Assembly (NCBI GenBank): GCA_963817895.1 | Contig: CAWFQB010000001.1 | Coordinates: 1,472,001-1,536,000 of the forward strand | Length of the DNA: 64,000 bases | Direction of reading: 5' to 3' | DNA from: an uncultured Chthonomonadaceae bacterium | GTDB lineage: Bacteria > Armatimonadota > Chthonomonadetes > Chthonomonadales > Chthonomonadaceae | Part shown: positions 29,019 through 37,944 of the stretch, piece after piece | Layout of the letters: each line of letters opens with the position of its first letter | How positions within the stretch are numbered: the stretch's first letter is position 1 | Position numbers and translations under genes: made by a program | The notes under the pieces: model-generated | The model's input: only the letters and a program-made list of their open reading frames with translations | The model's database searches: none | What the model was told of the DNA's origin: nothing

Positions 29019-30113
29019 TCAGGGAACGTTGAAGCCGGTCAGCGGGTTGCCGTAAAAGGCGTCGGTTTTGTAGGTTGTCGGGACAGCCTTCAAATCGGCC
29101 CCCGGCAGGATCTTTACGGGCAGAATCATGCTCCATCCCGCCATGCCGTTGTTGGCGGCAATGCTGTTGTCCACTATTTTGCCGTCCGCGCCGACTGTAA
29201 ACGCGGTTGTTCGCGCCAGTTGGCCTTTCACCAGCACTTTGATCTCGTAACTGCCCGGATTCTTGTCCAACAGGAACATGTTGGGGTGCTGACTCGCGCT
29301 GATCATACGGTTGGTGAGCGCGACGTTGTTGAAGCTGTAGGTATAGGCCATCCAGCGCGGATTGGGCGCGTCGCTCGGCGTAATCAGGGAGAAGTGGGCA
29401 TACGCGCCGCCCTGCTCGGAATTGGCGGTACTGGAAATCGTCTTGCCGTTGTAGAAGAGATAGGCGGCGGTCTGTTCCTGTTTGATGTCGCCGCGCAGCC
29501 ACATCATCGTTTTTAACTGCGGCACATCTTCGTTCGGGTCCGGGTTCCAGAACAGGTAGCCGATGGGCAGCAGCCAGTCATGCTCGACATAGAACTCGTT
29601 CTGCGCCTTGTTCGCGGGCAAATCCGGGCCGACATGGAACTTATTGACCGTGAACTTGCCGTTATACAGCGTTTTGGTCGTGCCGGCGAGGGGGTTCTTC
29701 AGGGTGATTTTGAAAGTGAAGGTTCCTGTCGCCGTCGTGGTGTGGCGTTCCGCGTCGGGCGTGGAATCGTTGGGGTTGGTAACGTTGACCGTTTGCCCGG
29801 CGGGAATTTCTTTGATGGGCAGGGGCATGGACAGCCACGCGCTGCCATCGGGTTTGGCGAACGAGATGCTGAGTTGGCTGCCGTCCGTCAGCGGCCCTGC
29901 CACCTGAAAGCTGAAGCGCGGTCGCCAACTCCAGCTATTGTAAACCGGTTCTTTGGCGGTCGGGGTGGCGAAGTAGCGCAGATAGCGCGTCACCATGATG
30001 TTCAGCGTAGGCTTCACGATGTGGGGTTCGGCGTCTTCGGCAGCATGGGCGCGGGGCGCAAGCGCGGCAAGGGACAGCAGAGCAAAAAGCAATCCAAATG
30101 GTCGAGTTTTCAC
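29019..30113 (-). CDS. Secreted beta-rich hypothetical protein
   Basis: GTG start after GGAGGA; signal peptide ending AHA. Confidence 0.8.
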   Translation of the reverse strand: MKTRPFGLLFALLSLAALAPRAHAAEDAEPHIVKPTLNIMVTRYLRYFATPTAKEPVYNSWSWRPRFSFQVAGPLTDGSQLSISFAKPDGSAWLSMPLPIKEIPAGQTVNVTNPNDSTPDAERHTTTATGTFTFKITLKNPLAGTTKTLYNGKFTVNKFHVGPDLPANKAQNEFYVEHDWLLPIGYLFWNPDPNEDVPQLKTMMWLRGDIKQEQTAAYLFYNGKTISSTANSEQGGAYAHFSLITPSDAPNPRWMAYTYSFNNVALTNRMISASQHPNMFLLDKNPGSYEIKVLVKGQLARTTAFTVGADGKIVDNSIAANNGMAGWSMILPVKILPGADLKAVPTTYKTDAFYGNPLTGFNVP

Positions 30114-30172
30114 GATTTCCTCCAGAGATTTCGCGCCGGTGCAGCGCGTTGACAACAGGAGGATACACTTCT

Positions 30173-30207
30173 ACCGTGACAGCATCGTAATTCTATCGTG
30201 ATATTTT
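30173..30207 (-). promoter_or_regulatory. Triple direct repeat with 11-bp period (putative winged-HTH operator)
   Basis: CGTGA 30175, CGTAA 30186, CGTGA 30197; same pattern at 45797-45831. Confidence 0.6.
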
Positions 30208-30237
30208 ACAGACCGTGGCGGATTTTTCAAAAACGGG

Positions 30238-33200
30238 TTAGTCTGTTAAATCCAGCGCGTGTTCCAAAGTTAGTACCTGCCCCTTCTCCCATGCCTGCCG
30301 GAAACGCTCTTCTCCCAATGTTTCGCGGACGGCGGCAAGTGTCTGCTCGTAATGCGGACGCTGCGAGGGGCGGACAGGATTGGAAATCTCGCGGCGCAGG
30401 GTGTCCGCCGCGCCGAGCATTTGGGCGGCAGCATAAAACTGTTCTTCCGAGCGGGCTAGACCGGCGCAGGCTTCCAGCGACGCGGCGAGGCCGGATTTGT
30501 CGCCCACTTCCCGCAGTATCGCTATGCTTTGCAACACGTAAGCGCGGGCCGCTTTTTCGTCCCCGCGCAGTCGGGCCAGTTCTCCCAAATGCGACAGCGC
30601 TTCCGCCATGCTGCCTTTGTCCCCGATTTCGCCCGCAACGGTCAGGCTCTCCTCGTGCAGGCAACGCGCTTCTTCCCGCTCGCCAAGAAACGCCTTTACG
30701 GTTCCAAGATGATTTAGCGACAGGGCAATGCTCTCTTTGTCGTTGAGTTCGCGCCGCATGGCAAGGCTTTCGGTGTGCAATTCGCAGGCGCGCGCATAGT
30801 CGCCCTGTTCGCGGACAGCCCGCCCCAGATAGTCCAGCGCGGCGGCGATACCGCGCCGGTCGCCCAGTGTCCGCCGCGCTTCCAGACACTCGCCATAATG
30901 AGCGCAGGCAAGGGCGTACTCGCCCTGCGCGTATACGACATTGCCCAGATTTGCCAGCACGACAGACACGCCGGAGGCGTTTTTCAGGGCGCGATACAGG
31001 CTTAAACACTCCTCATAACAGGTTTGCGCCTCGTGGTAGCTTCCCTGTTCCATCAGAATCGCGCCCAATGTGTTCAGCGCCCTTGCCATCCCCGGCCTAT
31101 CTTCCAACTGACGCAGCAATGCCAGAGCTTCGCGCGCCAGTTCCCTGCCCTCATCGTAACTGCCCAGAGATAGTTTCATCAGCGCATGGCAGTTGAGCGC
31201 GTCGGCCCGTATTTGCCTCCTGTCGCCACTGTCTGCCGTTGCGCCTGCGCCCCTATCCGCTTCCAATGCTGCGCCGATGATTGTATCCGATTGCTTCCCG
31301 TCCTTATCCTTCGACAAGGCGCTGTGCAGCCACTCATTGCCCTCTCGCGCCAGCCCCCGCGTCATCCAGAAACCGCACAATCGCGCAGACATTTGCAGGG
31401 CGGTTTCCACATCGTTTTGGAGCGCCCATTCCATTGCCGCCCGGAGATTGTCATATTCCGCTTCCAGCCGGTCGAACCACATTTTTTCGTTCGGAGTACG
31501 CTGTTGGGCCTGCGCTTCGCCGGCAAGCGAGAGAAAGTATTCGGCGTGGGATTGCGACAGCGCAAACTGCTCTTCCTCTTCCAACTGCTCCGCGCCGAAT
31601 TCTCGCAGGGATTCCAGCAGCCGGTAACGCATGGCCGCGCCCCGTTCCTCGGACACAACAAAAGAGCGTTCCTGCAAAACCGCAAGCCCGTCCAGCACAT
31701 CCGAAGGAGAAAGGGGAAAGGAGAAAGGAGAAAGTAACTGCAATCCTGCTTTTTCCTTTTTCCTTTCTCCTTTTTCCTCACAAAACGCTTCTGCCGCTTC
31801 CAGCGTCCAGCCGCCGCGAAATACGGACAGGCGGGCGTACAATCGCTGTAACCGGGGAGGAAGCAGTTGATAACTGCCCTCCAACGCCGCCTGCAGACTC
31901 TGGTGGCGCTGCGGAACATCCTTGCGGCGACTGACCAGCAGATCGAAACGGCGCGATAAACGCTGAAGTATCTGTTCCGGCGCGAGCGTGGCCGCCCATG
32001 CCGCCGCCAGTTCGATGGCAAGCGGCAGTCCTTCCAAACGCTGTCCGAGCAGGGCAACCGCTTCAGCGTTGTCGGGGGTCAGCAGAAAGGAGTAGCGCGC
32101 GGCCTGCGCCCGATCCAGAAACAGTTGGATGCCCGGATAGGCCAGCAACCTTTCCGGCGTTTCCGCCCCCTCCGGTGTTGGGAGTGGCGGAAGCGCGATG
32201 TCGCGTTCCCCATCCACGTTCAGTTTATGGCGCGATGTGACCAGGCAGGATAAGCGGGGCAGGCGTTGACGCAGGGTTTGCACGAGCGGTGTCCCCTCCT
32301 CCTGAAGATGCTCGAAATTATCCAGAATCAGCAGCGCGGCGGGATACGATTGCAAAAATTCTATCGCCTGTTCCAGCGGCGCGGCATGGGCGGAACGGGA
32401 TATGCCGAGCGTTTCCACAAGGGCATCGGCAATCAAATGGGGGTGGGCCACATCCGCAAGGGGCACAAACCACACAGACTGGTTGTATTCCGAACGCAAA
32501 CGCCGCGCCACTTCCAGCGCGAGGCGCGTTTTGCCCGCCCCGCCCGCCCCTGTCAGCGTGACAAGGGGCGGAGGGAGATTGAAGGGTTGTGGGGCGGAAA
32601 CGTCGGCGTAAACTGGCAGGAGGAGGGATAACAAATGCGCGATCTCCTCCTCGCGTCCGAAAAAGCGGGTCAGCGAAATGGGCAGCGGAGGAGCCGGGGC
32701 AAGTGTGGGAGCAGGCGGGAGCGGCGAGATTACAGGGCTGAATGGCGGCGTAACCTGCGTTTGCGAAATTGCCGATGAAATGGGGCGGAGGGCATGTACT
32801 CCCGTTTCTGCCTCCGCTCCTGTTTTCCCTGCTGCTGCCAATTCGCCGGAGCGTACCTGTTCCATCAGGGCTTTCGTCGCATCTGAGGGTTCCGCATCCA
32901 TTTCGACGCGCAGCAGATGTTCCCACTCCTCGTACTGCCGCCGCGCATCCGAGGAACGGCCTGCCTGCGCGAAAACCCGGATAAGGGCGCAGCGCGATTC
33001 TTCCCGCAAGGGATCAGAAGCGACGGCCCTGCGCGCGGTTTCCAGGGCGGCTTCAAACTGGCCGAGGGCGGCATACGCATTGATAAGGCGGCTCATGGCC
33101 TGCCGATGCCGTTCCACAAGGTGTTCGCGCTCGGTCAGTATCCAGTCTTCATAAAAACCCGGCAGAAGTTCGCCCTGATACAAATGAGCGGCCTGTTGGA

Positions 33201-33627
33201 GCAGTTCGATCTGGCGGGCGGGAGTTTGTTCTTTCGCAAGCCGGCAGGAAGTTTCAAATTCGGCAACATCGGTCACAAAGGCAGTGGGTTTCAGGCGGAC
33301 GGTGGAGCGATCCGCCATCAGAACGCTGCCGGAGGAAACACCCTCCGGTTCCAGTTCCCGGCGCAGCATGGACAGGGTTTGCCGAAAGCGTTCACGCAGC
33401 GTATCCGGGGTTTCGTCCGGCCACAACTCTTCCGCCAGCATATCGCGCGGATGGGCGCGGTTGGGAAAGCAGGCGAGACGCGCCAGCAGCAGCGTCATGC
33501 GGCGCGTCTTGAAATGTTCCAGAACGCGATCCTGATGGCGCAGGCAGACGCCGCCCAAAAGTTCGATGCGCCATACGACACTCGATTGTTCCGGTGGTTT
33601 CGCAGATTTTGCCGCGTTCGCTGTCAT
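30238..33627 (-). CDS. AfsR/SARP-type regulator: wHTH + BTAD + STAND ATPase + TPR
   Basis: LAEELWPD, LYQGELLPG, DPLREE, FFGREEE, GAGGAGKTRLA, LILDNFEH, GLPLAIELAAA, C-terminal TPRs. Confidence 0.93.
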   Translation of the reverse strand: MTANAAKSAKPPEQSSVVWRIELLGGVCLRHQDRVLEHFKTRRMTLLLARLACFPNRAHPRDMLAEELWPDETPDTLRERFRQTLSMLRRELEPEGVSSGSVLMADRSTVRLKPTAFVTDVAEFETSCRLAKEQTPARQIELLQQAAHLYQGELLPGFYEDWILTEREHLVERHRQAMSRLINAYAALGQFEAALETARRAVASDPLREESRCALIRVFAQAGRSSDARRQYEEWEHLLRVEMDAEPSDATKALMEQVRSGELAAAGKTGAEAETGVHALRPISSAISQTQVTPPFSPVISPLPPAPTLAPAPPLPISLTRFFGREEEIAHLLSLLLPVYADVSAPQPFNLPPPLVTLTGAGGAGKTRLALEVARRLRSEYNQSVWFVPLADVAHPHLIADALVETLGISRSAHAAPLEQAIEFLQSYPAALLILDNFEHLQEEGTPLVQTLRQRLPRLSCLVTSRHKLNVDGERDIALPPLPTPEGAETPERLLAYPGIQLFLDRAQAARYSFLLTPDNAEAVALLGQRLEGLPLAIELAAAWAATLAPEQILQRLSRRFDLLVSRRKDVPQRHQSLQAALEGSYQLLPPRLQRLYARLSVFRGGWTLEAAEAFCEEKGERKKEKAGLQLLSPFSFPLSPSDVLDGLAVLQERSFVVSEERGAAMRYRLLESLREFGAEQLEEEEQFALSQSHAEYFLSLAGEAQAQQRTPNEKMWFDRLEAEYDNLRAAMEWALQNDVETALQMSARLCGFWMTRGLAREGNEWLHSALSKDKDGKQSDTIIGAALEADRGAGATADSGDRRQIRADALNCHALMKLSLGSYDEGRELAREALALLRQLEDRPGMARALNTLGAILMEQGSYHEAQTCYEECLSLYRALKNASGVSVVLANLGNVVYAQGEYALACAHYGECLEARRTLGDRRGIAAALDYLGRAVREQGDYARACELHTESLAMRRELNDKESIALSLNHLGTVKAFLGEREEARCLHEESLTVAGEIGDKGSMAEALSHLGELARLRGDEKAARAYVLQSIAILREVGDKSGLAASLEACAGLARSEEQFYAAAQMLGAADTLRREISNPVRPSQRPHYEQTLAAVRETLGEERFRQAWEKGQVLTLEHALDLTD

Positions 33628-33795
33628 TGCCTGTCCCTTCAGGATAGGTTAAAAGTTAGAAACATATTACGTTAATTTGACTTACACCTCTGTAAATCCT
33701 TCACGCTTTTTCTGACAAGCGCCTCAACCCCCTCGGCTCAGGATAGAATTTCTCCGAAACGAAACTTTTTCAATGCTGTTGACGGTATACAAACC

Positions 33796-34281
33796 GTGAT
33801 GAGAACGCGATGGATACATAATCGAAGATGGGCGGCGCTGCTGATGACGCTGGCTCTGTTCGCGATGGTTATGCCGTCGCGAGCGGCATGGCTGTGCGCG
33901 AACGGTACGCTCTGTCCGGCAAATTGCCCGATGCTGCGTGACGCTTCCGTGTCTACGCCGCATCATGTAACGTCTGTATCCGCGCGCTGTTCTCATTGCC
34001 TGCCTGCTTTGTCGGCAAGAAGTGGCGTTCTTCGCGCGCCGCAAACCTCCTGCGCTTCATCGGGCTGCGTCTTGCGGGCGGAAACCCATCCGGCAGCGAC
34101 ACTGGCGGGTGACGCGGTTATTTTTCTTCCCCTGCTGGCGCTTCCCCCGCCTATTTCACACCCTTGCGTTGCCTGCATCGAAGAACCCTCGGCGGTTTCC
34201 ATTCCCAACCCTGTTTGCGCGCTTCCACCCTCTTCGGCGCGGCCACACCCCGGTCGCGCCCCACCGTCACGCCTGTCCTGA
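33796..34281 (+). CDS. Small Cys/His-rich exported protein upstream of the efflux operon
   Basis: Signal-like N-terminus, CxxxxxCxxxC and CxxC motifs, C-terminal GRAPP. Confidence 0.6.
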   Translation: MMRTRWIHNRRWAALLMTLALFAMVMPSRAAWLCANGTLCPANCPMLRDASVSTPHHVTSVSARCSHCLPALSARSGVLRAPQTSCASSGCVLRAETHPAATLAGDAVIFLPLLALPPPISHPCVACIEEPSAVSIPNPVCALPPSSARPHPGRAPPSRLS

Positions 34282-34435
34282 CTACAAAAAGCGCTTTCGG
34301 CAGGTGAGCCTTTTTCACCCTCGCCCGATTACGCGCCGTTCCTTTATCATCCCAACCCAAAGATTTTTGCGCACTGAAGCCATGTTCCGTCTTCTGCCGC
34401 GTGGCTGCGCCTGTTCCAACGCCAGATAAAACAGA

Positions 34436-35998
34436 GTGGAAGCAATGATACGTTCAATCAAATTTCGCTGCTGGACACATTCTTGCCAGGGGTTGAAAAC
34501 CCCTGTCTCTATGGCGTTCCGCCAAGCGTCCTACGGACGCAATCCTTTACTTACAGCCTCCCGCGTCCGAAGGACGCTTGGCCGCAGGCCACTCAGACGG
34601 GTGTTTTCAACACCCGGAAACATACGAACCGATGTACTGCCACTTCTCGCGCTTGCAATAGCAGGCTGCATCTTTGTCTCAGGGAATGTGAAAGCGCAAA
34701 CGCTCGGCGGCGACCGGATGCGGCAAAACGGCCCGCTGACGCTGGCGCAGGCCGTGCAAACCGGACTGCGCGAAAACCTGATGATTCGCGCGGCACAGGC
34801 GGATGTTCGGGCGGCGGGCGAAGAAACGCGAATAGCCCGCAGTCAAACACGTCCACAGGTGTCGGCAAACACGACTCTGGCGTTCGGGGATGCCAACAAC
34901 ATTCTGTATACGGCGGGAAACGTCACGCCGCAAAACTATTTGAACGTGCCTTCACAGGGCTATGCGGATCAGAACCTGACGCTGATGGTTCCGATTTATA
35001 CGAGCGGGCGGCTGGAAAGCGGCGCGCGGGCCGCCACGCAGCGGGAACGGGCCGTCACTTTCGATGCGGGGAGTGTTCGGGCGGAAACAGCCTTGCGAAT
35101 CAAAGATGCGTATTACCGCGCCCTGCTTGCGGGAGAAAACGTTGTGGTGGCGCAGTCCCGCGTGACGGCGAGTACGGCTCTGGCGCAGACAACGCAGGCT
35201 CTGTTTACCGCCGGCAAGGGGCTGGAATCGTCCGTGCGCCGGGTGGAAGCGGAACAGGCCGACGCGCAGCGCATAGTGACAACCGCCCGCAACACACAGG
35301 CGAAGGCTCTGCTCGACCTCAAAGCCGCGATGGGCGTCAATCTGGAATCCGAGATTACTTTGAGCGATACGCTCGGGTTTACGCCGCCAACCGGCGATCT
35401 GGCCGCGCAGCTTGCGGACGCGGCGCGGCTTCGACCGGAATTGCAGGCGACGCGGGCGCGATTGGACGCGGCGCAGGCGCAGACGCAATCCACGCGCGGT
35501 TCGCAGGGACCACAGGTGTATGGCATGGCGATGGCGGACGGGTTTACCTCCCACCCACAGGGAACGCGGGAGGGGTATACCGTTGGCGTGGTTCTCAGCC
35601 TGCCCCTGATAGACGGAGGACAACGCCGCGCGGAAACGGCGCAGGCGCGGGCGCGGCAGGAACGGGCAGACGCCGAATTGCGCGACATGGAACTGCGCGT
35701 CGGCGTGGAAATTCGGCAGGCATGGCTGGACGTGGAAACAGCCGCCGCCAACTATCGTACCGCGCAGGCCGCGTTGCAGGCCGCGCAAGCCGCCTACGAT
35801 GTAACCGCCTTGCGCGTTCAGAACCAGAAGGGCTTGTTGGTGGAGCAACTGGACGCCCTTGCCAGCGTCACGCAGGCGCGGGGAAACGTCGCCCAATCGC
35901 TGTATGACCATTCTCTTGCTCTTGCGCGTTTGCAGCGCGCGGTCGGCAGGCCGGAAACAAACCCCGGCGGAACCATGAAGGGCGGGAACGGACAATGA
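34436..35998 (+). CDS. TolC-family outer membrane efflux protein
   Basis: LTLAQAVQ, RPEL, LSLPLIDGG, LARLQRAVG; start uncertain. Confidence 0.9.
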   Translation: MEAMIRSIKFRCWTHSCQGLKTPVSMAFRQASYGRNPLLTASRVRRTLGRRPLRRVFSTPGNIRTDVLPLLALAIAGCIFVSGNVKAQTLGGDRMRQNGPLTLAQAVQTGLRENLMIRAAQADVRAAGEETRIARSQTRPQVSANTTLAFGDANNILYTAGNVTPQNYLNVPSQGYADQNLTLMVPIYTSGRLESGARAATQRERAVTFDAGSVRAETALRIKDAYYRALLAGENVVVAQSRVTASTALAQTTQALFTAGKGLESSVRRVEAEQADAQRIVTTARNTQAKALLDLKAAMGVNLESEITLSDTLGFTPPTGDLAAQLADAARLRPELQATRARLDAAQAQTQSTRGSQGPQVYGMAMADGFTSHPQGTREGYTVGVVLSLPLIDGGQRRAETAQARARQERADAELRDMELRVGVEIRQAWLDVETAAANYRTAQAALQAAQAAYDVTALRVQNQKGLLVEQLDALASVTQARGNVAQSLYDHSLALARLQRAVGRPETNPGGTMKGGNGQ

Positions 35999-37944
35999 AA
36001 ATGATTCCGTTTGTCATTGGGGCCTCGATTGTCGCGTTCGTTCTGTACCGCGTGTGGCGCACGGGGCAGAAACCGAACTGGCAAAGCGTTGCCAATCGTT
36101 CCGTTTTTGGCGGGCTGCTGCTGCTCTTTTTAATACTGGCGGGGGCCATCTATGCAATCAACAAATACCGGCGTCCTGGTTCCATGACGCCCCTCGAAGC
36201 GCAGACCATGCAAATGGAACTGCCCGCTCCTGCCGGAATCGCGCCCGTCGAGCTGGCGACCGCGCATCTTGGGCGTATCGAAAACACGGTTCGCTATACC
36301 GGGCAGGCAGTGGGGTTTGTGGAGCAGGACGTGACGCCGCGTATCACCGGCACGATCATTGAAATGAGCGCGTACGCCGGGGATCGCGTTCGTCGGGGAC
36401 AACTGCTGGCGCGATTGGATACCAGTCAGGCCGCGCCCCTCGTGGCGAATCAGCGGGCGGGAGTGAACATGGCCGCGCAGAGCGTAGGCGTTGCAAGGAA
36501 AGAGTACCAGCAGGCGCTTGCCGCTATCAACGAAGCCCATGCCGAAGTGGGCATGAAAACGGGAGCGGTGACAAGCGCTCGCGCCGATGTGACAGCCGCG
36601 CAGGAGGAGCGCGCCAACGCGCAGGCGCAAGCGGAAGCCGCGCAAAGCATGAGCGGGGATGCCGACGCGCAAGTACAGGCGGCGCAGGCTGACTGGCAAT
36701 ACTGGCAAGATGAGATCAGCCGGGAAGCCACCCTGCTCAAAGCCGGAGCCGTCACGCGGGAGGAGTATCAGCGCGAACGGGCACAGGCGGAAAACGCGGA
36801 CGCCAAAGCGCGGCAGGCGCAGGCGCGTATCACACAGGTACAGGCGCAAATCCGGGCAGCGCAATCGGCAGTCCGCAAGGCCGAGGCCATGATCGCGTCC
36901 GCGAAATCCAAAGTGGAACAGGCCCAGTCCGAACTCAATTCCCACAACGCGCACGTCCTCTCCACACAGGCGGCGGCGGACTCGGCGCGGCAGAAAATCG
37001 TACAGGCCGAAGCGGGGGTTGCGCAGGCGCGGGCAACCCTTGCGGGCGCGTCCGCCGCTCAGGGGTACAGCGAAATCCGGGCGCAGACAGATGGCGTAGT
37101 CACGCAGCGCGTCGTCAGTCCGGGCGTGCTGGTCAATCCGGGTCAGGTAATTTTGCGCGTGGCGCAGATTTCCCCCATTCGGTTGCAGGCCAATGTCACG
37201 GAGGGCGATCTGGCGCGGATTCGCATCGGCAGTCCCGTTCGGGTCATGGGGCAGGGCGGGACAGGAACGCCCCTGTCGGCGAACGTCACGTCCATTGCGC
37301 CCGCTATTGACCCTGCCGCCCGAACCGGAATCGTGGAGGCCGTTGTTCCCAATCCCAACGCCCGCTTTCTGCCGGGGCAGTACGTCACCCTCGACATTGC
37401 TACGGGCAGCAATCCTAACGCGCTTCTCATTCCGACGTGGGCTATTGGCTACCACACGACTCCATCCGGCGGTGTAATCTCTACGCAGGCTACGCCCTTT
37501 GTCTGGATTGCCGAACAGGACGCGGGGCAGGACGGGCAATATCTGGCCCGCGAAGTTCAAATCACGGTCGGCTTGAGCGACGGGCAGAACAGCGAAGTCC
37601 GTTCCGGCTTGAAAGCGGGGCAAAAAGTGATTACAGCGGGGCAGGACTACTTGAAAGATGGGGACGCGGTTGCTTCGACTGAAGCGTTGGCGTCCGCAAC
37701 GGCTACGCCCATTGCGCCGAGAACGAATACCGGCGGAATGGACTCCATGCCCGGTATGAATCATGCCGCTTCCGGCACAGCCGCAACGCCCCAACGTCCG
37801 ATGAACGCGCCTCCCGTTACGGCCATTCCCAACGCGGCGAAAACGCTTTATACCTGCCTGATGCACCCCGACGTGGTTCAGGATCATCCCGGCGACTGTC
37901 CGAAATGCGGCATGAAATTGGTTCCGAAAGGGAGGGCGAGATGA
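35995..37944 (+). CDS. RND periplasmic adaptor with C-terminal heavy-metal-binding domain
   Basis: GDRVRRGQLLARLD, long coiled coil, FLPGQY, YTCLMHPDVVQDHPGDCPKCGMKL. Confidence 0.93.
   Translation: MKMIPFVIGASIVAFVLYRVWRTGQKPNWQSVANRSVFGGLLLLFLILAGAIYAINKYRRPGSMTPLEAQTMQMELPAPAGIAPVELATAHLGRIENTVRYTGQAVGFVEQDVTPRITGTIIEMSAYAGDRVRRGQLLARLDTSQAAPLVANQRAGVNMAAQSVGVARKEYQQALAAINEAHAEVGMKTGAVTSARADVTAAQEERANAQAQAEAAQSMSGDADAQVQAAQADWQYWQDEISREATLLKAGAVTREEYQRERAQAENADAKARQAQARITQVQAQIRAAQSAVRKAEAMIASAKSKVEQAQSELNSHNAHVLSTQAAADSARQKIVQAEAGVAQARATLAGASAAQGYSEIRAQTDGVVTQRVVSPGVLVNPGQVILRVAQISPIRLQANVTEGDLARIRIGSPVRVMGQGGTGTPLSANVTSIAPAIDPAARTGIVEAVVPNPNARFLPGQYVTLDIATGSNPNALLIPTWAIGYHTTPSGGVISTQATPFVWIAEQDAGQDGQYLAREVQITVGLSDGQNSEVRSGLKAGQKVITAGQDYLKDGDAVASTEALASATATPIAPRTNTGGMDSMPGMNHAASGTAATPQRPMNAPPVTAIPNAAKTLYTCLMHPDVVQDHPGDCPKCGMKLVPKGRAR

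Noticed and set aside
36130..37887. Long antisense ORF (585 aa) and similar shadow ORFs elsewhere
   Set aside because: Opposite well-supported genes in GC-rich DNA; Arg/Gly-rich with no motifs
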